Shown: piece by piece, positions 7,423 through 15,891 of the stretch
Layout: every line of letters begins with the position of its first letter
Position numbering within the stretch: the stretch's first letter is position 1
IMG/VR virus record: IMGVR_UViG_3300037483_000044
Coordinates: 1 to 43,520 of that record
Origin: a virus
Taxonomy: Duplodnaviria > Caudoviricetes
Direction: 5' to 3' (one strand)
Length of the DNA: 43,520 bases
Translations under genes and position numbers: made by a program
Notes under the pieces: model-generated
Told to the model about the DNA's origin: nothing
The model's database searches: none
The model's input: only the letters and a program-made list of their open reading frames with translations

Positions 7423-7544
7423 AGAGGCACATCCCTCAAAATTAGACGAAGAAATGTCAACAGCACTTACCAATCCATGTATTGTACAGATATGTGAATG
7501 TAGTAATTTTGTACTAGATCCTACAGGAGAAGCAAAACCAAGAT

Positions 7545-8414
7545 ATGATATATCCTGAAGCTGAATGGTTACCTGTAACTGGTCTAGAAAATGACCCTAC
7601 AATTGTACCTATAGGTGTCATTCTTCATGTAGATGGAGGTAATTCTTCATCTTTATACGCTTATTTTAACGGATCTAGTGGAGGAATTGAATCCAATTTA
7701 TTCGTTAATAAGAGAGGAGATTGGGAACAATATAGAGATACAACAAGAGAAGCAGATGCACAGTCTGCTGGCAATTCCTGGTTAGAAGGAACAGTTAGAA
7801 AAGGATATATCTCTCTTGAAACTCAAGGATTAGGAATAGGAAAATGGACTTCACTTCAATTTGAAGAAATTGCAAAGTTCTTAGCCTGGTGTCACACAAC
7901 ACATAGTATACCTCTAAAGCTTTGTACTGGTCCAAAGAGTCCTGGTATTGGATACCATAGACAGTTTAATTCTTGGAATCCTGATGGACATATTTGTCCT
8001 GGTGATGAACGTGTTCTACAAGTACCTGCTTTAATAGCCCGTGCACAAGCCATTGTAGATAATCCTAATCCTTTTAGGAGTACAGATATGCCAGTGATTG
8101 TAAATGTTCCAGGTGTGGCTGTATATATCATTGCTGGTTCATACAAGAAACGTATTCCAAGTCAAGCATCTCTAGATGTTTGGCTACAAGTTACAGGTCA
8201 GACTAGACCTGGAACTAATCCATCTACTGACTATAAGGATATGTCGGGTGCAGATATAGCTCTTATTCCTGACTACCCTGTAGCGGGCCCTTTTGCGTCG
8301 GATATTGCAGAGGCAGTAGTAGCTGCGCTACCTGTAGGTAGTGGTCCGTCGCTACAGGACATCAAGGATGCATTCGCAGAAGTGCTCACAGGAACCCATT
8401 TTACCGTTAGCTGA
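7545..8414 (+). CDS. Endolysin, N-acetylmuramoyl-L-alanine amidase (Amidase_2-like)
   Basis: VILHV, ISLET, IGYHR and HICPG Zn-amidase motifs; C-terminal putative binding domain. Confidence 0.85.
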   Translation: MIYPEAEWLPVTGLENDPTIVPIGVILHVDGGNSSSLYAYFNGSSGGIESNLFVNKRGDWEQYRDTTREADAQSAGNSWLEGTVRKGYISLETQGLGIGKWTSLQFEEIAKFLAWCHTTHSIPLKLCTGPKSPGIGYHRQFNSWNPDGHICPGDERVLQVPALIARAQAIVDNPNPFRSTDMPVIVNVPGVAVYIIAGSYKKRIPSQASLDVWLQVTGQTRPGTNPSTDYKDMSGADIALIPDYPVAGPFASDIAEAVVAALPVGSGPSLQDIKDAFAEVLTGTHFTVS

Positions 8415-8447
8415 CTTGACAAGTTAGGTCCCGCGGTGGTCTACTTG

Positions 8448-8571
8448 TACCTGTAAGCCGGTGTGGTGAAGCGGCGCAGGTAGTAGCCCACTTGGCACCC
8501 TTTCTACCTCTGAGGGCAGGGGTAAGGGAAGAGTCCCCGGGATCCAAATGGATTCCGGGGACTCTTTTTTT
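8448..8571 (+). ncRNA. Candidate small RNA between a TTGACA box and a strong terminator
   Basis: TTGACA at 8416-8421, GC-rich hairpin ACCTGT..GCCG/CGGC..GCAGGT, no ORF. Confidence 0.4.
8529..8571 (+). terminator. Intrinsic terminator
   Basis: AAGAGTCCCCGGGATCC-AAAT-GGATTCCGGGGACTCTT followed by a T-run. Confidence 0.9.
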
Positions 8572-8579
8572 GGAGTAGT

Positions 8580-9116
8580 ATGGATTTAACTAAGCATCCT
8601 TGTTTACCTTGTGTACTCGGTACACATTGGGAATGTTCAAGAAAAAAAGAATATAATTGTTGTTGCCAGTTAACTGGACCTTCACTTGTTGAAAATAAAC
8701 GTGGAGGTACTAATAAAGAAGATAACGAAGTAACAGATCCTAAATCTACTGGACGTAAAAGAGCAGCAATTTTATTTCCAATAGAAGAAGGAATGACATG
8801 CGAATGGGAAGGTCTTAAATTTGCAGGAGGAGGATTATACCCTATAGTTGGTTGTACTGGAAATCCTGCAACTAACAGACATCATGGACCAGATAAGAAT
8901 ACACTCAATAATGACAAAGGTAATGTACATAGAATTTGTGCACGTTGTCACAATAGATGGCATACAAGAAATGATCCTGTATACGAGAAATTTTTAGTAA
9001 CTGAAAAATGGCTTAGACATGATTCTGAATCTAAAGCAACACCAGAAGAAATTTTAAAATCAGAAGTTTATTGGAAATCAAATCAACAGGAGAAAATTAA
9101 AGATGTCGAGCACTAA
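8580..9116 (+). CDS. HNH-family nuclease-like protein with Cys-rich N-terminus
   Basis: ATNRHH...NNDKGNVHRICARCHNRWH fits the HNH pattern. Confidence 0.7.
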   Translation: MDLTKHPCLPCVLGTHWECSRKKEYNCCCQLTGPSLVENKRGGTNKEDNEVTDPKSTGRKRAAILFPIEEGMTCEWEGLKFAGGGLYPIVGCTGNPATNRHHGPDKNTLNNDKGNVHRICARCHNRWHTRNDPVYEKFLVTEKWLRHDSESKATPEEILKSEVYWKSNQQEKIKDVEH

Positions 9117-9288
9117 TGAACCAGAGCTAGATCTCTCTATGTTGAGAGATAGAGCAATACAATTCGCTACAAGTGTATCTCATACTTCGATTGAAGATTT
9201 GTTAGTAGATGCCGATAAGATACAATTATATCTCTTAACAGGACAGGTACCTACTAATGAATCCTCTTCCAGTAATAAGTCACTCTGA
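9103..9288 (+). CDS. Hypothetical protein
   Basis: Overlap-coupled small ORF. Confidence 0.6.
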   Translation: MSSTNEPELDLSMLRDRAIQFATSVSHTSIEDLLVDADKIQLYLLTGQVPTNESSSSNKSL

Positions 9289-10126
9289 GGTAGAAACTTT
9301 TGAACTATGTGAACGAAGACATTACTACGCATTTGGAGAAAAATTAAGACGTAAAACTTTGTCTCTCTCTCTACAGAGAGGTATACTAGGACACGAAGTT
9401 TTACACATATATTTCAAGTCTCTACAAGAGACTGGTGATATACACGCAGCTAATAAAACTGCTATGAAGTTTCTTTCTACTAAACTAAATACTTCCTCTA
9501 GAGAAGTATCAATGGAGTTAGCTTTACTATTAGACATGTTTTTTAACACCTTTGCAGATACATTTAAACATTGGAAAATCGGTTTTGTTGAAAAAGAGGC
9601 ACGTTTAGATTTTCCAGACTTTCAATATGCATTTACTTTTGATTTAGGTTATTTTGAGCAAGGACTTTTTAAGATTATAGATTGGAAATTTACTTACGAT
9701 TTCTACGATAGTGATATGCAAAGTTTACTTCCACAAATCCCAAGGTATGTAGGTGCCTTGAGAGCATTAGGTCAATCTGTAACAAAAGGTTCTTATGGCT
9801 TTATTCGCTACAGAAATCTAAAATCAACAGATCCCTACGATAGGTTTGCATTAGTCCCTGTTGATATACCAAATATTAGAATCACAAATTCATTTAGAGA
9901 TTTAGTTAATACAACTAAAAAAATCCTTCCTTTAAAAAAACTTCCGTTACCTGAATGGCGTGACTCAATTTCTAGAACTTCTAATCAATTAGTTTGCAAA
10001 TCTTGCTCGTTTAAGCAATTATGTACAGCAGAGCTTAATGGTTCGACTGGAAAAGTAATACGAAATGAATTTTACGAAATAAACACAACTTATGGATACA
10101 AGGAAGTGTTAAATGGCGATGCCTGA
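9257..10126 (+). CDS. Cas4/RecB-like PD-(D/E)XK exonuclease
   Basis: ISHSE..F.LCERR, GILGHE, FDL, IIDWK and C-terminal CKSC...LC (4-Cys Fe-S pattern). Confidence 0.85.
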   Translation: MNPLPVISHSEVETFELCERRHYYAFGEKLRRKTLSLSLQRGILGHEVLHIYFKSLQETGDIHAANKTAMKFLSTKLNTSSREVSMELALLLDMFFNTFADTFKHWKIGFVEKEARLDFPDFQYAFTFDLGYFEQGLFKIIDWKFTYDFYDSDMQSLLPQIPRYVGALRALGQSVTKGSYGFIRYRNLKSTDPYDRFALVPVDIPNIRITNSFRDLVNTTKKILPLKKLPLPEWRDSISRTSNQLVCKSCSFKQLCTAELNGSTGKVIRNEFYEINTTYGYKEVLNGDA

Positions 10127-11006
10127 TGCAGAAGAACTGCTGCAAGGTTTATACGCTTCTATGCAAGATATAAGTACGGTTCAGCCTAACTTGCGTAGTT
10201 TAATATATGGAGATTCGGGTACAGGTAAAACTGTATGGACTATGCAAGTAGCACAAGCAATCACACCTCCTGATAAAAAGATTGTATATATTGACTACTC
10301 AGAAGGTTTTTCTGTTTTCCGCAATCCTGAATGGCAGCATTTAACTAAACGTGTTAAAAGAATGCAATATCAAGGGCTTTCACAGATTGAAACATTGGCA
10401 TATGCTGTGCAGGCAGGTAAATCTGGCTTTGATGATATAGGTGCTATTATATTAGACGAAGCTACATCTATGGCAGAAGCTGATTTACGTCTAGTCCGAG
10501 CTAAAAATGTTCAACGAGATCCTTCTAAAGATCCTGATGTAGCAGAAGGTCCTGACTATATTGCAGAACAAAATAGATTTGGTAAAACTGCTAATATTCT
10601 TCTAGCTACGAGAGTACATACCATCCTAGTAGCACATTCAAGAACTGATAAAAGAAATGGATTAGACTTCACTGACGCTGCATTCCAGCCTAAACTTTCA
10701 ACAATTATCAAAAGAGATATGAATCTTGTAGGATATTTTACAGCTGATCAACAATCTGTATCGGGTACAGAAGAACCTAAATACATCAGACAACTTCAAG
10801 TACATCCTACAAGAATGATTTCTGCTAAAACTAGAATCTCAGGATTGTCTGTTAAGATTTTAGCTCCTGCACTAATTGATATTGTTGTTGAATATATAAA
10901 TGGACTAAGAGAAGATCAAGAACCTCCGGTGGAGGAAGTAATAGTAGTAGAACCTAGTGAAACTTTAGTTAATGCAGAAGAACCTTCCGCTATTGAAGTA
11001 GAATAG
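10113..11006 (+). CDS. Sak4-like AAA_24 ATPase/recombinase
   Basis: LIYGDSGTGKT, YIDYSEG, IILDEAT and ILVAH; sits between an exonuclease and an SSB. Confidence 0.8.
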   Translation: MAMPDAEELLQGLYASMQDISTVQPNLRSLIYGDSGTGKTVWTMQVAQAITPPDKKIVYIDYSEGFSVFRNPEWQHLTKRVKRMQYQGLSQIETLAYAVQAGKSGFDDIGAIILDEATSMAEADLRLVRAKNVQRDPSKDPDVAEGPDYIAEQNRFGKTANILLATRVHTILVAHSRTDKRNGLDFTDAAFQPKLSTIIKRDMNLVGYFTADQQSVSGTEEPKYIRQLQVHPTRMISAKTRISGLSVKILAPALIDIVVEYINGLREDQEPPVEEVIVVEPSETLVNAEEPSAIEVE

Positions 11007-11017
11007 GATAAACTTTA

Positions 11018-11530
11018 ATGTTTGAAGATAGCCTTTTCGGTGGACTTGATATTGCGTCTGCTTCTGATGATCCCTTTGCTCTACCTGTTGATAGTTACTA
11101 CTGCACTATTACCGGAGCAGTAGTAGCACCTACTAAAAATAATCCAGATAAGTACGGTATTACTTACACTTATACTGTTACAGATGGTTCTTATAGAGGA
11201 CAGTCAATTTCAGATTGGAAAGAAGTACCTTCGCCTGTATCAAAAATGCGTGAGGAAAATGGCTCTGATTGGGAACCAGACAAGGATTATCTACAAAAGC
11301 TTTCTTTCTTAAAGCAGCGTAGTATTTCTTTTGGTATCCCAGAAGACCGTATTAATGAAGTTAAAGCTAGTGATCTACTTGGACTGGATATCGTTGTAAC
11401 ACTCGGAAAGTCTAAATCAACCAAGCCCGATCGTGCAGGTAAAACTGTTATCATTAATATTCATCCGGCAAGTGAAGGAGAAGTTGCCAGTCTTAATGTA
11501 GGCACTTCTTCTGGTAATCCTTTCGCATAA
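11018..11530 (+). CDS. Putative ssDNA-binding protein (DUF669-like)
   Basis: LPVDSYYCTI..., VTDGSYRGQ, DLLG and an aromatic C-terminus (NPFA); follows the Sak4-like gene. Confidence 0.7.
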   Translation: MFEDSLFGGLDIASASDDPFALPVDSYYCTITGAVVAPTKNNPDKYGITYTYTVTDGSYRGQSISDWKEVPSPVSKMREENGSDWEPDKDYLQKLSFLKQRSISFGIPEDRINEVKASDLLGLDIVVTLGKSKSTKPDRAGKTVIINIHPASEGEVASLNVGTSSGNPFA

Positions 11531-11540
11531 AGATATGAAA

Positions 11541-11668
11541 CGGGCCCGGCAAGAGAGCCTCGGATATAGACCAACTCTTGGGTAATAGTCAGCATTGCGC
11601 GGCAGCCGGGGAGTGGGAGGGCGTTCATCTTTCTGATGGAGATGAGAAATTGACTGGTACCCCACATT
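11541..11668 (+). ncRNA. Structured intergenic element, copy 2 (expanded)
   Basis: Same conserved blocks as 5951-6020 with longer internal hairpins (CAAGAG/CTCTTG, TCATCTT/GAGATGA). Confidence 0.55.
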
Positions 11669-11673
11669 AAAAA

Positions 11674-11744
11674 CCCGCTACAGGGGATAAACCTGATACG
11701 TAAACAGGCTATCTTAAATCACTAAAATAGGGCCCTGTAGCGGG
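11674..11744. repeat. Stem-loop closed by a 12-bp perfect inverted repeat made of two genome-wide motif copies
   Basis: CCCGCTACAGGG (11674-11685) / CCCTGTAGCGGG (11733-11744), with an internal CCTG/CAGG hairpin. Confidence 0.85.
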
Positions 11745-11747
11745 CTT

Positions 11748-11821
11748 GTCGGTATATCCCAATTGGCAGAGGAACTCGACTTAAAATCGAGCCAGTGTGG
11801 GTTCGAGTCCCACTACCGACA
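11748..11821 (+). tRNA. tRNA-Leu(UAA), short variable arm
   Basis: Acceptor GTCGGTA/TACCGAC, anticodon arm CTCGA-CTTAAAA-TCGAG, GGTTCGAGTCC T-arm. Confidence 0.93.
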
Positions 11822-11822
11822 C

Positions 11823-11896
11823 GGGCTATTAGCTCAGCAGGTTAGAGCACTTGTCTTATAAACAAGCGGTCTCGGGTTCAAGTCCCGAATAGCCCA
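11823..11896 (+). tRNA. tRNA-Ile(UAU)
   Basis: Acceptor GGGCTAT/ATAGCCC (Ile-type), anticodon arm CTTGT-CTTATAA-ACAAG, GGTTCAAGTCC T-arm. Confidence 0.93.
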
Positions 11897-11924
11897 CTAA
11901 TATTTAAGATAGGAAGGAGGGTGA

Positions 11925-13751
11925 ATGACATTTAGTACCGATCCTGTAGAAGGTCTAAATCAATTTTTTAATGAGATTTGGGGATCGGTTGAAGGTTTCG
12001 TATACTCACCTGTAAAAGATAGTACAAATAACTGGAAGAAATATTTTTTCCCTTGGCCTAGTGGTAAGAGAGTTTTAGTAGATCATGTACTAGCACACTC
12101 TGCTTCTAATAGGGATGTATACTTTTCACCTGTTATTTGGTCTGCACCTAAGTCACCATTGTCTAGAGAAAATATAAAAGGTTCTAATGTTGTATGGGCT
12201 GATTTTGACGGTTCCTATCCGGAGGACTGGACCACCCCACGACAACAGGCTGGCAGCGACGTCCCTGGGGCTGTTCCGGGGCATCCCAGCGTCACAGTAC
12301 AGTCCTCCACAGAGGACCATCAGCATGTATATTGGAAGCTAGATAAACTATCCTCTGATCTACAATTAATTCAAGATATCAATAGAGCTATTGCCTATAC
12401 CTATGGTGCAGATGCAAGTGGTTGGGATATAGAACAAATACTTAGACCACCTTTTACTACAAACTATAAACACGGTACACCTGTACTATTATCCTCATTT
12501 GATCGAACTCATTATTCAATCAGTCAATTTAAATCATTTAAACCTGTTAAACAATTAGTGCGTGAAGTTGATCTATCAAAATTACCTGACCCTGTAGAGG
12601 TTATTGGTAAGTATATCTGGTCAGCCGATACTTTAGATTTGCTTCAAAAATCCAATAAAGAAATTAAAATGGATAGATCCGGTGCAATGATGCGTATTAC
12701 ATACACATCTATAGAACTTGGAATGACTGACCAGGAAGCGTATAGTTTACTTTTCTGGTTAGATGAAAAATGGGAAAAATTTAAGTATCGTGGAGATAGA
12801 CAACGTCGTCTACTCGATATGATTAATAAAGCTAGGCAAAAATATCCACATAAACTAGAAGATCTTACTTTTAGTGGTTTACATAGCGATGAAGCTGCCG
12901 TTACAAATGTTAAGTACATCTATAACTTTAAAGAGTTTATTGAACAACCTCCTCCTGTTCAAGATTGGGTAGTACGTAATTTACTATCCGAACAATCAGT
13001 TAATTTAATTGCAGGACCTCCTAACGTAGGTAAAACACAGTTAATGCTAAACTTTGCTACTCACATAGCTATTAGTAGAGATGTTATAGGGTATACACCT
13101 ACAGGTCGTAGAAAAAATCTATTTCTCTCTCTTGAAATGGGTAGACCTGGACTTTACAGATTAGCTTCTCTAATGAAACTAGCATTTACTCCAGAAGAAA
13201 TCGATATTTTAAGTACAAATTTTTTACTATGTCCATTTGGTGAAGCTATTCCTATCCATCGACCAGAAGGTAGAAAATTTTTAGAGTCTCTTATAGAAGA
13301 ATACAAACCAGAAGGTATCTATATAGACTCTCTTGGTAAAGTTCTTCTTGGTGATCTAAACAACGATGAAAAAGTAAGAGAATTTTTTGCGTATTTGAAC
13401 TATTTAAAACAAAAATATGGCGTCCATTTTATTATAATTCATCATACTAGAAAACCGCAGGATAATAATAAACGTCCACGCGAATTAGGAGACATTTATG
13501 GATCGCAATATATAACAGCTGAGCCCGATACAGTTATGTCTTTATGGCCAGAAGAGAAAAACATTATCTCTGTTAGAGAAGTTAAAAATAGATTTGCTGA
13601 ACAAAAAGAACCTTTCAATATTATGCGTTTAGAACATCTTAGATTTATTAAAGTTACAGATGAGTCTATGCAGATACAAGAGGAGGCTAATGCAATTCGA
13701 CCGAGTACCGCTACCGGGAATAACTCCGGAGAGCTTTTTAAATTCAAGTAA
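11925..13751 (+). CDS. Primase-helicase: RepB'-like primase plus AAA_25/RecA-like helicase
   Basis: DVYFSP, VWADFD, VQSS...HQHVYW, ILRPPFTTNYK; Walker A GPPNVGKT, YIDSL and IIHHTRK. Confidence 0.88.
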   Translation: MTFSTDPVEGLNQFFNEIWGSVEGFVYSPVKDSTNNWKKYFFPWPSGKRVLVDHVLAHSASNRDVYFSPVIWSAPKSPLSRENIKGSNVVWADFDGSYPEDWTTPRQQAGSDVPGAVPGHPSVTVQSSTEDHQHVYWKLDKLSSDLQLIQDINRAIAYTYGADASGWDIEQILRPPFTTNYKHGTPVLLSSFDRTHYSISQFKSFKPVKQLVREVDLSKLPDPVEVIGKYIWSADTLDLLQKSNKEIKMDRSGAMMRITYTSIELGMTDQEAYSLLFWLDEKWEKFKYRGDRQRRLLDMINKARQKYPHKLEDLTFSGLHSDEAAVTNVKYIYNFKEFIEQPPPVQDWVVRNLLSEQSVNLIAGPPNVGKTQLMLNFATHIAISRDVIGYTPTGRRKNLFLSLEMGRPGLYRLASLMKLAFTPEEIDILSTNFLLCPFGEAIPIHRPEGRKFLESLIEEYKPEGIYIDSLGKVLLGDLNNDEKVREFFAYLNYLKQKYGVHFIIIHHTRKPQDNNKRPRELGDIYGSQYITAEPDTVMSLWPEEKNIISVREVKNRFAEQKEPFNIMRLEHLRFIKVTDESMQIQEEANAIRPSTATGNNSGELFKFK

Positions 13752-15483
13752 CTCAATTTCGCTAGAAGATTTTCTGGAAAAAGCTGCCGTAGTACCTGAG
13801 CTAATCTGTGATACCGAGACAAATGGAGAAGATATACGCGATGGACGAGGTTATTGTCAAGGTGTATCTTTAGCGTATATATATCCTGGAATTGGATTAA
13901 TAACTCATTACTTACCTTTTAGACATAAATTTGGGACTAACCTAGATAAAGGTTGGTTAAAACGCTTTAAAGCTATAATAGAATTTAGAGATCATAATCT
14001 GCTGCCTATTATTTACCACAATTCAAAATTTGATATAGTAAGTCTTGAAACACTTGGTATTACTTTTGTAAACAATTTTCATTACTGCACTATGCTAATA
14101 GCTCATCTAGTCAATGAAAACTATTTTTCTAAAGAACTGGATTATTTAACTAAAACGCTTTTACATGATGAAGGTAAGAAAAAAAGTCTTGAATTTGAGA
14201 AAATTAAAAAAGCATTTGGATGGTCTGGTATTCCGTCAGAGATTATGTATTCGTACGCAGCATATGATACAAGTTTAACACTTAGATTATGGGAGTTTCT
14301 TAAACCGCTATTTTTTGCCGAAAGCTTACAAGATTACTGGCAACATAAACTTAAAACAATTAAAGTTGTGCAGTCTATGGAACAACATGGGATTTTAATT
14401 GACGTATCTCTATGTGAAAGAATGTCCGCTGTAGCGGAAGCATGTATGACAGATATTGTAGAAATATTGGAGTTAAATCCTGCCTCTCCAAAAGATATGC
14501 AAACACTGTTAATAGATAGATTAGGTCTACCTATTCTTAAACGAAGTGCAAAAACCAATAAACCTTCATTTGATAAAGAAGTTATGGAACAATATGATGA
14601 AATTTTGGAAAGGCAAGAAAGCACAACAGCCCGTTTTATTCTCGAATATAGAGGATGGCAAAAGTCTAAGTCTAGTAATTATGATCCCTATGTCCAGTTA
14701 CTCTCTCCTGACGGTAGATTACGACCAAATTATAAACTACATGGTACTAAAACGGGAAGATTCTCTTGTGCTAAGCCTAATTTACAACAGATACCCAGAA
14801 TTTCTACAAAACCCTGGAACGGACAAATGAAAAAAGCCTTCGTCGCAGACGAAGGCTGGGAACTATGGGAAGGCGACTATTCACAACTTGAATTTAGACT
14901 TACAGCAGCTATCTCAGGTGAACCTCATTTACTAGAAATATTTGCGGATGACTCACGAGATGTATTCAATGAAATTGCACCAATTATTTCTCTAGTACGT
15001 CAAGACACTAAAACATTTATTTACGCTACAGGGTACGGGGCAGGTATCAACCGAATCCACCATACACTAGGTGTTAGCAAGGAACGTGCTAAATTTATTA
15101 GAGACATGTATTGGCGTAATTATCCTAAAATTAAACTTACTTCTGATCAAGCACGATTTACAGCACTAAAATACAAAAAAGTTAAACTTTGGTCAGGTCG
15201 CTACAGGCATTTTATGTGGCCACAAAGTGAAGCGCACAAAGCTTTTAATTCATGGGTTCAAGGCGGGGCGGCAGATATAGTTGAAAGAACGATGCATCGT
15301 TTATACAATGAGGTAGAATCTCCAGAAGTTCACATGTTACTACAGGTACATGACTCTGTTGTATTCGCAATTCGTACAGATGTACGTGATAAAATTTTAC
15401 CTGAAATTAAAAGAATTATGGAAGATATCCAACCTACTTTTGGTGTAAGATTTAAAGTAGACATTCATCATTGGGGAGAATAA
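13690..15483 (+). CDS. polA: Family A DNA polymerase with 3'-5' exonuclease domain
   Basis: Exo motifs DTET, HNSKFD, YAAYD; TGRFSCAKPNLQQIP, DYSQLEFR, KTFIYATGYG and QVHDS. GAGGAGG RBS precedes ATG 13690. Confidence 0.95.
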   Translation: MQFDRVPLPGITPESFLNSSNSISLEDFLEKAAVVPELICDTETNGEDIRDGRGYCQGVSLAYIYPGIGLITHYLPFRHKFGTNLDKGWLKRFKAIIEFRDHNLLPIIYHNSKFDIVSLETLGITFVNNFHYCTMLIAHLVNENYFSKELDYLTKTLLHDEGKKKSLEFEKIKKAFGWSGIPSEIMYSYAAYDTSLTLRLWEFLKPLFFAESLQDYWQHKLKTIKVVQSMEQHGILIDVSLCERMSAVAEACMTDIVEILELNPASPKDMQTLLIDRLGLPILKRSAKTNKPSFDKEVMEQYDEILERQESTTARFILEYRGWQKSKSSNYDPYVQLLSPDGRLRPNYKLHGTKTGRFSCAKPNLQQIPRISTKPWNGQMKKAFVADEGWELWEGDYSQLEFRLTAAISGEPHLLEIFADDSRDVFNEIAPIISLVRQDTKTFIYATGYGAGINRIHHTLGVSKERAKFIRDMYWRNYPKIKLTSDQARFTALKYKKVKLWSGRYRHFMWPQSEAHKAFNSWVQGGAADIVERTMHRLYNEVESPEVHMLLQVHDSVVFAIRTDVRDKILPEIKRIMEDIQPTFGVRFKVDIHHWGE

Positions 15484-15484
15484 A

Positions 15485-15832
15485 TTGATCACAACGCATG
15501 ATTTTCGTACGAAAGTTAATGCAATGGTTCAACATATACGCGATGCGTATATGAAGCGCAATGCCTACATGCTACAAGGTGAATTTGAAGCTTCTCAAGT
15601 TTTAATGCTTGCAGAAGAAGTTGGTGAGTTTGTAGCAGAATATCGACGTTGTATAGGTATGGCTCGGCGTAAAGGTGATATTAATAACCTTAGAAAAGAA
15701 TTAGCAGATGTTGTTATTAGTGCATACGCTAACGCAGCAGAATTAGGTATTGATTTAGACACAGAAATAGAAATTAAATTAGAAGAAATATTTAGCAGAG
15801 GTTGGAGTGAAGCAGCCCATGACGGAATGTAG
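15485..15832 (+). CDS. MazG-like nucleotide pyrophosphohydrolase
   Basis: LAEEVGE...KELADV...LGIDL. Confidence 0.8.
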   Translation: MITTHDFRTKVNAMVQHIRDAYMKRNAYMLQGEFEASQVLMLAEEVGEFVAEYRRCIGMARRKGDINNLRKELADVVISAYANAAELGIDLDTEIEIKLEEIFSRGWSEAAHDGM

Positions 15833-15891
15833 AGAATGCAGGGATGAGAAACATGTTAATTGTACTACGTATGCATATGACTTGGATTTAG

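Noticed and set aside
9257-10126. CRISPR-associated Cas4 as part of a CRISPR system
   Set aside because: No array or other cas genes; the exonuclease-Sak4-SSB context is a standard phage recombination module.
11541-11744. HDV-like (theta) ribozyme next to the tRNAs
   Set aside because: I could not fit the nested double pseudoknot and catalytic C junction, and the element lies upstream rather than at a tRNA 3' trailer. It is left as an unknown structured element.
11748-11821. Suppressor tRNA / stop-codon reassignment
   Set aside because: The anticodon TAA reads UUA (Leu), not a stop codon. Genes are intact in code 11 and end in TAA, TAG and TGA.
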